From Naegleria gruberi (Eukaryota), in the NCBI GenBank assembly GCA_000004985.1, contig GG738908.1: 64,000 nucleotides of DNA; one strand, written 5' to 3'. The notes beneath the pieces are model-generated. The model was given only the letters and a program-made list of their open reading frames with translations, had not been told where the DNA came from and did not search any database. This document shows positions 22,769 through 33,781 of this stretch, piece after piece. The position numbers were made by a program, and so were the translations under genes. How positions within the stretch are numbered: the first letter of the stretch is position 1; the number at the start of each line of letters is the position of its first letter.

Positions 22769-25700
22769 NNNNNNNNNNNNNNNNNNNNNNNNNNNNNNNN
22801 NNNNNNNNNNNNNNNNNNNNNNNNNNNNNNNNNNNNNNNNNNNNNNNNNNNNNNNNNNNNNNNNNNNNNNNNNNNNNNNNNNNNNNNNNNNNNNNNNNNN
22901 NNNNNNNNNNNNNNNNNNNNNNNNNNNNNNNNNNNNNNNNNNNNNNNNNNNNNNNNNNNNNNNNNNNNNNNNNNNNNNNNNNNNNNNNNNNNNNNNNNNN
23001 NNNNNNNNNNNNNNNNNNNNNNNNNNNNNNNNNNNNNNNNNNNNNNNNNNNNNNNNNNNNNNNNNNNNNNNNNNNNNNNNNNNNNNNNNNNNNNNNNNNN
23101 NNNNNNNNNNNNNNNNNNNNNNNNNNNNNNNNNNNNNNNNNNNNNNNNNNNNNNNNNNNNNNNNNNNNNNNNNNNNNNNNNNNNNNNNNNNNNNNNNNNN
23201 NNNNNNNNNNNNNNNNNNNNNNNNNNNNNNNNNNNNNNNNNNNNNNNNNNNNNNNNNNNNNNNNNNNNNNNNNNNNNNNNNNNNNNNNNNNNNNNNNNNN
23301 NNNNNNNNNNNNNNNNNNNNNNNNNNNNNNNNNNNNNNNNNNNNNNNNNNNNNNNNNNNNNNNNNNNNNNNNNNNNNNNNNNNNNNNNNNNNNNNNNNNN
23401 NNNNNNNNNNNNNNNNNNNNNNNNNNNNNNNNNNNNNNNNNNNNNNNNNNNNNNNNNNNNNNNNNNNNNNNNNNNNNNNNNNNNNNNNNNNNNNNNNNNN
23501 NNNNNNNNNNNNNNNNNNNNNNNNNNNNNNNNNNNNNNNNNNNNNNNNNNNNNNNNNNNNNNNNNNNNNNNNNNNNNNNNNNNNNNNNNNNNNNNNNNNN
23601 NNNNNNNNNNNNNNNNNNNNNNNNNNNNNNNNNNNNNNNNNNNNNNNNNNNNNNNNNNNNNNNNNNNNNNNNNNNNNNNNNNNNNNNNNNNNNNNNNNNN
23701 NNNNNNNNNNNNNNNNNNNNNNNNNNNNNNNNNNNNNNNNNNNNNNNNNNNNNNNNNNNNNNNNNNNNNNNNNNNNNNNNNNNNNNNNNNNNNNNNNNNN
23801 NNNNNNNNNNNNNNNNNNNNNNNNNNNNNNNNNNNNNNNNNNNNNNNNNNNNNNNNNNNNNNNNNNNNNNNNNNNNNNNNNNNNNNNNNNNNNNNNNNNN
23901 NNNNNNNNNNNNNNNNNNNNNNNNNNNNNNNNNNNNNNNNNNNNNNNNNNNNNNNNNNNNNNNNNNNNNNNNNNNNNNNNNNNNNNNNNNNNNNNNNNNN
24001 NNNNNNNNNNNNNNNNNNNNNNNNNNNNNNNNNNNNNNNNNNNNNNNNNNNNNNNNNNNNNNNNNNNNNNNNNNNNNNNNNNNNNNNNNNNNNNNNNNNN
24101 NNNNNNNNNNNNNNNNNNNNNNNNNNNNNNNNNNNNNNNNNNNNNNNNNNNNNNNNNNNNNNNNNNNNNNNNNNNNNNNNNNNNNNNNNNNNNNNNNNNN
24201 NNNNNNNNNNNNNNNNNNNNNNNNNNNNNNNNNNNNNNNNNNNNNNNNNNNNNNNNNNNNNNNNNNNNNNNNNNNNNNNNNNNNNNNNNNNNNNNNNNNN
24301 NNNNNNNNNNNNNNNNNNNNNNNNNNNNNNNNNNNNNNNNNNNNNNNNNNNNNNNNNNNNNNNNNNNNNNNNNNNNNNNNNNNNNNNNNNNNNNNNNNNN
24401 NNNNNNNNNNNNNNNNNNNNNNNNNNNNNNNNNNNNNNNNNNNNNNNNNNNNNNNNNNNNNNNNNNNNNNNNNNNNNNNNNNNNNNNNNNNNNNNNNNNN
24501 NNNNNNNNNNNNNNNNNNNNNNNNNNNNNNNNNNNNNNNNNNNNNNNNNNNNNNNNNNNNNNNNNNNNNNNNNNNNNNNNNNNNNNNNNNNNNNNNNNNN
24601 NNNNNNNNNNNNNNNNNNNNNNNNNNNNNNNNNNNNNNNNNNNNNNNNNNNNNNNNNNNNNNNNNNNNNNNNNNNNNNNNNNNNNNNNNNNNNNNNNNNN
24701 NNNNNNNNNNNNNNNNNNNNNNNNNNNNNNNNNNNNNNNNNNNNNNNNNNNNNNNNNNNNNNNNNNNNNNNNNNNNNNNNNNNNNNNNNNNNNNNNNNNN
24801 NNNNNNNNNNNNNNNNNNNNNNNNNNNNNNNNNNNNNNNNNNNNNNNNNNNNNNNNNNNNNNNNNNNNNNNNNNNNNNNNNNNNNNNNNNNNNNNNNNNN
24901 NNNNNNNNNNNNNNNNNNNNNNNNNNNNNNNNNNNNNNNNNNNNNNNNNNNNNNNNNNNNNNNNNNNNNNNNNNNNNNNNNNNNNNNNNNNNNNNNNNNN
25001 NNNNNNNNNNNNNNNNNNNNNNNNNNNNNNNNNNNNNNNNNNNNNNNNNNNNNNNNNNNNNNNNNNNNNNNNNNNNNNNNNNNNNNNNNNNNNNNNNNNN
25101 NNNNNNNNNNNNNNNNNNNNNNNNNNNNNNNNNNNNNNNNNNNNNNNNNNNNNNNNNNNNNNNNNNNNNNNNNNNNNNNNNNNNNNNNNNNNNNNNNNNN
25201 NNNNNNNNNNNNNNNNNNNNNNNNNNNNNNNNNNNNNNNNNNNNNNNNNNNNNNNNNNNNNNNNNNNNNNNNNNNNNNNNNNNNNNNNNNNNNNNNNNNN
25301 NNNNNNNNNNNNNNNNNNNNNNNNNNNNNNNNNNNNNNNNNNNNNNNNNNNNNNNNNNNNNNNNNNNNNNNNNNNNNNNNNNNNNNNNNNNNNNNNNNNN
25401 NNNNNNNNNNNNNNNNNNNNNNNNNNNNNNNNNNNNNNNNNNNNNNNNNNNNNNNNNNNNNNNNNNNNNNNNNNNNNNNNNNNNNNNNNNNNNNNNNNNN
25501 NNNNNNNNNNNNNNNNNNNNNNNNNNNNNNNNNNNNNNNNNNNNNNNNNNNNNNNNNNNNNNNNNNNNNNNNNNNNNNNNNNNNNNNNNNNNNNNNNNNN
25601 NNNNNNNNNNNNNNNNNNNNNNNNNNNNNNNNNNNNNNNNNNNNNNNNNNNNNNNNNNNNNNNNNNNNNNNNNNNNNNNNNNNNNNNNNNNNNNNNNNNN

Positions 25701-25800
25701 NNNNNNNNNNNNNNNNNNNNNNNNNNNNNNNNNNNNNNNNNNNNNNNNNNNNNNNNNNNNNNNNNNNNNNNNNNNNNNNNNNNNNNNNNNNNNNNNNNNN
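22769..25800. other. Assembly gap (3032 N)
   Basis: A run of n. Confidence 0.99.
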
Positions 25801-26445
25801 GCTGAAGAATTATTAAGCCAAGAGTTTACTCCTCGTCTTTTTACAAAATTAAGCACGAAATATGATGTTGGTGTTGTGCCAAGTATGTGTACAGCATGTC
25901 GAGATGACAGAATCAACTGCTTTAAAGAAAGACCAATTTGTTCACATTGTCTTGAGAAAGGAATTCCTTGCATTTATCCCAAATTTCTTAGGTTAGCTCG
26001 TAAGTATTCCTATTACAAATGTATGTAATTTATTATTTGCAAAGCATGTGTTCCTTGTACGCAACACAGAAGCAAAGTCTGCAATAGACAAAAACCATCT
26101 TGTAACCGTTGTGCAAAAGGTGAATGTTTTTATTTCACTTCAGATACAGGTCTAATAATTGGTGATATGAAAATACGGGCAGCCAAAGAGCTCTATGCCA
26201 ATTTGGATGCAAAAGAACTAGAAGAGCCAAAAGAGAATGAACAAATGTCTGTTTCTCAGACTTTTGAAGGTTCAGATAGTGAGGATAACGATGAATCATC
26301 AATGTTGGAAATTGAGGAAAACAAAAAGAATGCATTAAAGCTTAAGGAGCAAATTCACAAGTGGAAAAAAATAGTGCAGGAAGAAAAGGAATTGAATAAC
26401 AAGAAATTGAACCAGTTGAATTATATTATTTCCGAGTTTAAATGA
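25801..26445 (+). CDS. 3' part of a gene encoding two Zn(II)2Cys6 (fungal-type binuclear cluster) motifs followed by an acidic/coiled-coil tail; the 5' end is in the gap
   Basis: The frame is open from the gap edge. Motif 1 is MCTACRDDRINCFKERPICSHCLEKGIPC (CX2CX6CX6CX2CX6C). A 45-nt intron follows at 26000..26044 with a gtaagt donor and a ttgcaaag acceptor. Motif 2 is CVPCTQHRSKVCNRQKPSCNRCAKGEC (CX2CX7CX6CX2CX4C). The ORF then runs to the stop at 26443..26445. Confidence 0.55.
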
Positions 26446-26559
26446 ATTATGATCATTTATTACCAATAGAAAGTATATTATTGACAAGGAAATAATATTC
26501 GAAGCGCTTCCTGATACAACCCTGATATCATTGGATTTGTGTGGTGATGGTACTAAGCT

Positions 26560-27600
26560 AGGTTGTGGTTTAACACTATAATACTGTGGAGTTGGGGAGT
26601 AGTAAGGTTTTGGAGATGGTTGTGGATTAATAGATGGCTGAGGAGTTGGGGGCTTTATGGAAGGTGGAGCTGGTGGATTGGTATCATTTGATGGGTTAGT
26701 ATCATTTAATATCATTTGCATTTGGTGGCAACAATCCAATTTCATCAAATGGAATTAATGTAAAATTAACACCATAGCTTGAGCTTACAATTGTAAAGCT
26801 CAAAGCAGTGATGTTGGCATAAATTGTTTTTGGAACATTGAAAGTATTGTTCGTGTAGGTACTGTACTGATAGACAGAAGAATCAATGGATGTTTATGCC
26901 TTTCCACTAATCAAATTGAATCTGATATCATTTCCCTTTGGAGCTCTTAAAGATTTCAAAAAGATTTAGTTGAAAAATATACAAGAAGTGCCACCAGCTC
27001 CTGGACCTTTAATTCTATAAACCAAGTTGTGCTTATCTTGTTGAGTGAAATAACATGATTAGCATTTGCCACTCCACAAGATAGCTACATGGTCAGCATT
27101 GTAGAGATAGTTTTGAGTGACAAGACCACCAACACCTTGTAAGTGAATGCCAGCTCTGTATGCTTTCCGATTCTTGAAAAAAAGACATTATTGTTAGAAA
27201 CATCAATAAAACTTGGAAGGAGAGTTCTTCTAACACCTCCATTAATACACCTTGTCCATTCTCATAAATGACATTATTGACAATTTTACTTCCACCATGA
27301 CATGCAGTAATCCAAATTGCATTGCTACCAGTATTTGATTTGATTGCTGTACCAGTTGTCATTTCCAATTCTATTCCTTACGTAGCAACTTTTGGTTTCA
27401 GTAGAACATTTGATTGAATGCTAACAATGTCTTCCACTGCCTCAGCCCAATCCCAATACAAATGTCCAGCAAGGAATGGCCACTTTTCTCTATTTTCACA
27501 TTTTGGATGAAGCATGTTGAAACCATTTGGATTATTCATGGATGTAACATTTTGCACACAAAGGAAGAGGAAAACCTCCTGTCACTTTCAATGACGGTCT
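26560..27600 (-). pseudogene. Disrupted ORF fragments (possible relic of a secreted beta-helix / CAZyme-like gene with Pro-rich tail)
   Basis: The minus-strand pieces are ...NPNGFNMLHPKCENREKWPFLAGHLYWDWAEAVEDIV...KPKVAT*, an in-frame TAA, then ...TGTAIKSNTGSNAIWITACHGGSKIVNNVIYENGQGV. After that the frame shifts into RAGIHLQGVGGLVTQNYLYNADHVAILWSGKC and VYRIKGPGAGGTSC, followed by a Pro-rich tract PPAPPSIKPPTPQPSINPQPSPKPYYSPTPQYY. No consistent GT-AG model joins these pieces. Confidence 0.3.
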
Positions 27601-27757
27601 CCAAATAGTTGGCGAATTGGTTTTTTTATGATTGTTTTATGTGAATTGTTACCTAATTAATGATTTTCGTTCTACGTTTGTTGAAAAACAAAATGAACAG
27701 TCAAACTTAACTGTAGATTTGGAACTAATTCAGAGCAATCAATGATATGATAGTATT

Positions 27758-28651
27758 TTACAAAGATTGGTGTCTTACTTCTTGAATGAAACTGCACTTG
27801 TCATAGGAACAGATTTCAAAGCATTTCATTTTCATTCTTCTATTATCGTACAGGATACTGACACAGGGTAAAATTGACTGGTTTTCATGTAATTTTTCAG
27901 CAATATTCGGAGCTACCACGTTCAAATAAATCTTTTCGAAAGTAATATCTGTGACATACTCCAAAGTTAAATTGTCAGTATCAATCAACAACCCAAGTAC
28001 CAATTGTTTGTACATTTTAATACCATACCCTGATTTCACACTCTTTCCTCCATAATAAATTGCTCCATCACTAAAGTAATAACCCACTGAATTCTTATCA
28101 GATCCAATATAACCTTCATTAGATTGATTTTCCAATACAATTCCAAAAAGAACGTTATCAGTCGAATCAATTTTATCCATAAACACACATTCGAAATAGT
28201 AACATCCAGTATTGATCTTGAGTGGTCTATTGATCGAGGCAATAGAGCTACCGACTGACTTTTTAAAAACAATCACATTATTTTTCAATAGTGATCGATC
28301 TTGAACAACTCTATAACTTTCCTTTCCTGCAATAACATTACAATTTCTGTAAAAGTTAATTTCCCACTTCAATTGATCAAACCAGAAATTATTCGATCCA
28401 TCTTCCTTCAATCCCTTGTTATTCCTCCACATAAACATCTTTTCATACATGAATTTGTAAAAGAAATTACCCTGTTCCGACATTCTCAACACGTGATAAA
28501 ACCTTTTGCAAACCATCGGCAAGTTAATCATAAAGAATAACCACTCTTCATTATTAGGAGGCTTGATCCATCGAAAAATCTCAACCCACAACTCATCAGG
28601 AATTTCCAAAATATGAGGATAAGTATTATTTGTTATTATTATTGATTGCAT
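27758..28651 (-). CDS. F-box-like / SPRY (B30.2) domain protein (297 aa)
   Basis: The N-terminus has IPDELWVEIFRWI (F-box-like). The C-terminus has a SPRY pattern (GCYYFECVF...LFGIVLENQSNEGYIGSDKNSVGYYFSDGAIYYGGKSVKSGYGIK...LVLGLLIDTDN). Confidence 0.7.
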   Translation of the reverse strand: MQSIIITNNTYPHILEIPDELWVEIFRWIKPPNNEEWLFFMINLPMVCKRFYHVLRMSEQGNFFYKFMYEKMFMWRNNKGLKEDGSNNFWFDQLKWEINFYRNCNVIAGKESYRVVQDRSLLKNNVIVFKKSVGSSIASINRPLKINTGCYYFECVFMDKIDSTDNVLFGIVLENQSNEGYIGSDKNSVGYYFSDGAIYYGGKSVKSGYGIKMYKQLVLGLLIDTDNLTLEYVTDITFEKIYLNVVAPNIAEKLHENQSILPCVSILYDNRRMKMKCFEICSYDKCSFIQEVRHQSL

Positions 28652-28923
28652 TTATTTCGTGTTATTCTTCACTACGATGGATAATTAGCAACCAACACTT
28701 GAAGGCTTTTTTTTGATTTTTTTGTAATGGGTTCAATCTGCCGCGCTTAAATTAAGGCTTTTTTTAATTATTAAAAAAAAATTTAGCGCCACGACTTGCC
28801 GTGCTTTTTTAGTATGAAGTTTAAAAGTCTCCGAACTGGAAAATATCTTTTGTTGAGACCTTTCGAAATTATAATGAAAGATGGAATGGTGGTAACCTAT
28901 GTGGGTGTTATCATTTCTAAAAA

Positions 28924-31900
28924 ATGGATTCCAATAACCAGCACCATCAGATTCTAATAATTTGGTTATTGTTGTTGGCAATTTTATTATTATTAACAAG
29001 TTTGCCTACTGTTGACTGCACAACATCAACTGCAAATTCATCATCATCACAAAATATTAATTATAATGAATTGGAAAACTCTCCCTCTTTTTCACTGTAT
29101 CAATTCGAACAATCACCTCCTGTAAATATTCAAGAACTTTCCGGAAAGAGAGAAATTCAAAACAACTTTATGAGTATTGCTACCATGCAAAACAAATTCT
29201 ACAGCTCTGCTTCACAGATAATTGTCCGTTTGATGATGAAAAACACATCAAATACAGAAGCAATTTGTTCGGAGAATGATCCTTGTTATAGTTTTAGTCA
29301 ACTGTTTGACAGTATGAAATTATTGATGGATAGAAATATTCAAGCGATGACTGCCAAAAATGTTACTGTTAATATTCTGTTTCTTGTAAATATTGATAGT
29401 GACCTATTGTTAAATACCTATGGGGATGTTAATTTACCATCAAATCCATTGATTTCTTACTTTTTCATGTTCCAAAGTTCTGACAAGAGAGTTTTGAATT
29501 TTCAAATTGAACCTACAATATATTTGGATTTGAAAAATAGATCTGATATTTCTTGGATGTTATTTAATAATCTTGAAATGGTAAACTTTGGCATTATGAC
29601 AACCTTTATCAATCTTGATATTGGATATGTGAATTGCAAATTGAAAACGTGTCAAATACAGCATATTTTCCAAGGTGATTACCAGGAAATGTCCACAACA
29701 ACAAATTTCCTAGTAGAGAGTACTGAAATATTCGATTCTTACATTGCTGTTGCCTCTTCCTTCCTAACCTTATTCAAAGATTGTAAATTTATTGGAAATG
29801 ATAACCTTGGGACCAATTTACTACTGAAATTATCCAATCAACTTGTTTTTGATAATATTGTGATGAGTAATGCTTATTTGTTGATATCAATTGATGAAAC
29901 CAATATTGTCATATTTAAGCAGGGACAATTTACAACTTCTCGATTAATTGTTTCTACTATTAATGTGAAGAAAGTCCACATTAGCTATGTGAATGCTATT
30001 GACTGTTCCAAAGATAATATTTTCTTTGCAATATTATTTTCTGATTCGTGCACAATAGTGAATTCATTCTTCCAGAGATCAGGTTCAATTCTGAATATAA
30101 GAGGTGTAAAGAACCTTAATATTGCAAACGTTGAATTCGATGAAAATGTTCAAACCGAGGCAGTTTCAAATGCTCAAACCTCACCAATTGAACTCAAAAT
30201 CATTGACAACTTGTTAATGATAAATGTCACTGTTCGAAATCAGTACAGCAACTATTTAAATACTGCCTACGCACTATATATTCAGGATGTTATCAGGTTG
30301 AAAATTGATGATTGTTATTTTGTGAATAACAGAATTGGAGCTCTGAGAATTCACAATCCAATTTTTTCTGAATCCTACAAGTATTCGGCTTCCATTACCA
30401 AGACACGTTTTGTTGCCAACAAATGTTCAACTGCTGGATGTGCAATGTCTTTGGAAATGATATTCTACTTGAATATTTCGGAATGCCAATTTAATGATAA
30501 TGATTCACCATCAGATGGAGGTGCGATTGTTGCTACTGCATTACAGAGATCTCTTATTTCTGATTGCACTTTTCAAAATAATATAGCTCAAGGAAATGGT
30601 GGTGCAATTGCTTTTGGAGGTATTATTGTTTATCCAAACGAGGTTTCAGGTTGTGTGTTTATTCGAAATAAGGCAAAAAAGGCAGGAGGTATTTATTTTG
30701 AGAAAAATAATTTAAAATCAATCAAAAATTCCAAATTTTTCGAGAATAGTGCTGATTATGCTGGTGCCATCTACTCATTAGGTAGCTTACCTCAATCATT
30801 TGTGAATTCATGTTCGTTCTCTAACAATCAAGCTTTCAAGTTTGGTGATAATTTTTTGGCACTAGCTGAAAGAGTTGCTCCCACACAAATATTGGAAGGA
30901 ATGAAACTTCTCAAGCCAGGACAAACCGTAAGCATCAATGTAACTGCATATTCATACGATGGCGAACCAATTCCTCTAGACTCAATGCCTTTCATATGGC
31001 CTAAACGATTTTTTGGTAAGAGACTTTTTGTTGATGTTGTGCAAGAAGCTTTCAAAATGAGCTTCACACCATATGTTGTGAACTATCCAGAGTTGGACGA
31101 AGAGTACTCAGTGATCATTTCTGTTGCGAATATTACCGCTGTATCAATAGTTGTTAGTAACTGTTCAGAAGGAGAACAACTGAAACCTTTTGCATTGGCC
31201 TCGGTAGCCAATATCTATTCTTGTGAACAGATTTCACAACTTTCATTCACACTATTTCTTGCTATTTTACTCCCTGTTTCACTTATTGTATTTGGTCTCG
31301 GTATTATTGTGACAATTTGTATAATGAAAGGGATAGTTCATATTCGAAAGAGACTTGTTTTATTAAGAGAGAAGGAACATGCTGAGAGATCAGTAGAAAA
31401 GAGAATAATAGATAAGAAAATTATTTTTGGAGATTCATATCAGCCATTAATTGATGAGAGTGAGAATAGTCTTGATAGCATGCGTTATGGACAGGAATTG
31501 AAAGCACGATCATTCATCATACCAATTTCTGAACTTACAATTGAAAGGAAATTAGCTGAGGGTGGTCAAGGAGTTGTATATGTGGGTAATTGGGGTTCTT
31601 CAACTGTTGCAATTAAATCTTTGAAATCAGATCAAAGTGAAGGTTTTGAAACTGAAGTCAGTTTACTAGCATCTCTTAGACATCCATGTATTTTGACATT
31701 CTATGGAATTTCCATAACAAATGACAGCAAATACATGATAACTGAATATTTGTCAGGTGGAAGTTTGGAGAAATTGATTTATTCAAGCAAGACAAAAACA
31801 ATTGCTTTGACATATATGGAAAAGATAAATATCCTTAAAGATATTGCAATAGGAATGAATTATTTGCATACATTGACACCTCCTATAATTCATAGGGATC

Positions 31901-32477
31901 TGGTAAGTTTTAAAATATTCACATTGTATTCATTGAAAATTATTAGAAACCTGGCAATGTATTGCTTGACAACAACAATAGATGTAAAATTGCTGATTTC
32001 GGCTTGAGCTTGCCTCTTTCGCAATCCAATACTACAATGACCAAAAATATTGGCACTTTTATTTACATGGGACCTGAATCTATCAGTTCAAACACAACAA
32101 GTAATTCAGGTGTTGACAAATCTCAAAGAGCTCCCAAAGTTGATGTGTACAGCTTTGCTATTATTATGTGGGAGCTATTCTTTGAGGTATCTCCATATTC
32201 TCAATCGGAGAAGGTTAATTATGTATTACAACATTCAATAGGTGATATAATTGCACGAGTTTTACAAGGAGAAAGACCAAGTATTCCATTTCAAAATGAA
32301 ATTGAGCTCGAGGAATGGTTACTATTGTATCCAGTACGTGAAAACCTATCAAAAGAAGCACTTGTGAAGAGTATTCTTAAGTATTGTAATATTGTCAGGC
32401 AGTGTTGGCATTCAAATCCAATGGAGAGGCCTTCGTTTTCACAAATAATTCAATTATTGAATGGTTTGACGAATTGA
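28924..32477 (+). CDS. Receptor-like protein kinase. It has a signal peptide, a ~740-aa ectodomain with parallel beta-helix (PbH1, 'GGAI') repeats, one transmembrane helix and a TKL-type kinase domain. 2 exons
   Basis: The exons are 28924..31902 and 31947..32477. The intron falls inside the kinase catalytic loop: HRDL|gtaagtttt...tattag|KPGNVLLDNNNRCKIADFGLS. The signal peptide is MDSNNQHHQILIIWLLLLAILLLLTSLPTVDC. The transmembrane helix is FTLFLAILLPVSLIVFGLGIIVTICIM. The kinase has GGQGVVYVGNW...VAIKSLK, DFG and (C)WHSNPMERPSF. Confidence 0.75.
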
Positions 32478-32743
32478 TTTATACCGTTACAAAATAAATA
32501 TTGTGAAAATTAAAAATCCACCGCAAAAAATAAAACAACAACATAACTTTGATGCAAGCCATTTCATCATCTTCTTTTATAATAACAGTTACTTGGCAAG
32601 AAGGAGATAAAAAGAAATAGAATTTGTAGTTCATATTCCATTGTAGTTTGAAAACCGCCTTTTTGAGAAGAGGTTTGGATTCATAGATATGATAACTACA
32701 ATCGCCATGAACCTCCAAATACTAATAAGAAAAATTATCGTAA

Positions 32744-33327
32744 ATGTCTCATGCAATTGGTGTATTGTTATTGTTCATTATTTGTATGATGGTAAGTAGA
32801 GTTGCAACCATAAATTAATTTATTCTTCGTGATGATAACAGAGTGTTTTGAGCAATGTTCTCGGCTCAGCCTCATCATCTTCATTATCGGGATGTGTAAC
32901 AGATGTCTATTCAATTCCCTATGAAATGTTTGCGAGTCGAATTATTGTTAATAAGGATCAAGATTTGCAATACAAAGTCAAGATTGTAAAGAAGGCTAGT
33001 AATACAAGGAGCAGTAATCTTCTCTCCTCTGATAATACATTGGTAGAGCTCAAGATTGCCTATGATGCTGGATTGAGCGGTGTTGGATCTGTTGGCTATT
33101 CTTTCAATGACACATTAGGATCCATCGTTTTAGAAATCAAATCCAATACTAATGATAATAGTAATAATAATAATAATAATACTGATATCAGCAATCCTAA
33201 CAATTCAACCATTTTCAATTCAACACAACCTGTAAATAATTCATCCAACAATAGTAATTCAACAACAACAACTAATCCTCAAACAAGTACAAATCCAACA
33301 AAACCTTCACCCACCATATTATGGTAA
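32744..33327 (+). CDS. Putative secreted Ser/Thr/Asn-rich protein (2 exons)
   Basis: Exon 1 is 32744..32791 (MSHAIGVLLLFIICMM, hydrophobic leader). The intron has a gtaagtag donor and an ataacag acceptor. Exon 2 is 32842..33327. The C-terminal third is a poly-N/S/T tract. Confidence 0.4.
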
Positions 33328-33770
33328 AACCGAAAAAGTCTTTGGTTGTTTCATGTGCATCATCGAATAGAGGATTTGTGGAGGGTGTCATTGTTAAATT
33401 GATGAAGAATGGTCTATTCCTTATCTATTCATCAGTTGCATTGTTGTTATTGGGTATTTTCAATTCCATTCATATTACCCAAACAAGAAATGGATTAATA
33501 TTCTCAATGATAGTGTTGGTAATTGCATTTATTGTAATGGGAGGTCAAGTATCACATGCAGTCACAGATCAAGTTTCAGAGATGAAAAGTGGTCTTTCTT
33601 GTGCCATTCCAACTATTACCATCACTGTTCCATCCACATTTGAAATAGATTTAAAACAGGAGGATCCTTCACTTTCACCTGAATTCAAAACAGAAGTGAA
33701 CTTTCTTCCAAAACAAATACAGCTTCATTTCAAAATGGAAGAAATGGATATCAAGGCGAAGAGGCTCTAA
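33321..33770 (+). CDS. ORF with two predicted TM helices; could be a separate small gene or an unresolved exon of a neighbouring gene
   Basis: A 149-aa ORF in a different frame from both neighbours. The TM segments are LFLIYSSVALLLLGIF and LIFSMIVLVIAFIVMGG. Confidence 0.25.
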   Translation: MVKPKKSLVVSCASSNRGFVEGVIVKLMKNGLFLIYSSVALLLLGIFNSIHITQTRNGLIFSMIVLVIAFIVMGGQVSHAVTDQVSEMKSGLSCAIPTITITVPSTFEIDLKQEDPSLSPEFKTEVNFLPKQIQLHFKMEEMDIKAKRL

Positions 33771-33781
33771 CCATCTCTACT

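Noticed and set aside
22724-25973. 1030-aa and 1072-aa ORFs spanning the 3-kb gap
   Set aside because: These are artefacts of translating N. Only 25801..25999 (the Zn2Cys6 exon) is real coding sequence.
26335-26748. 137-aa minus-strand proline-rich ORF treated as an independent gene
   Set aside because: Its 3' portion is antisense to the Zn2Cys6 gene's last exon. The Pro-rich part is better explained as the tail of the degraded locus at 26560..27600.
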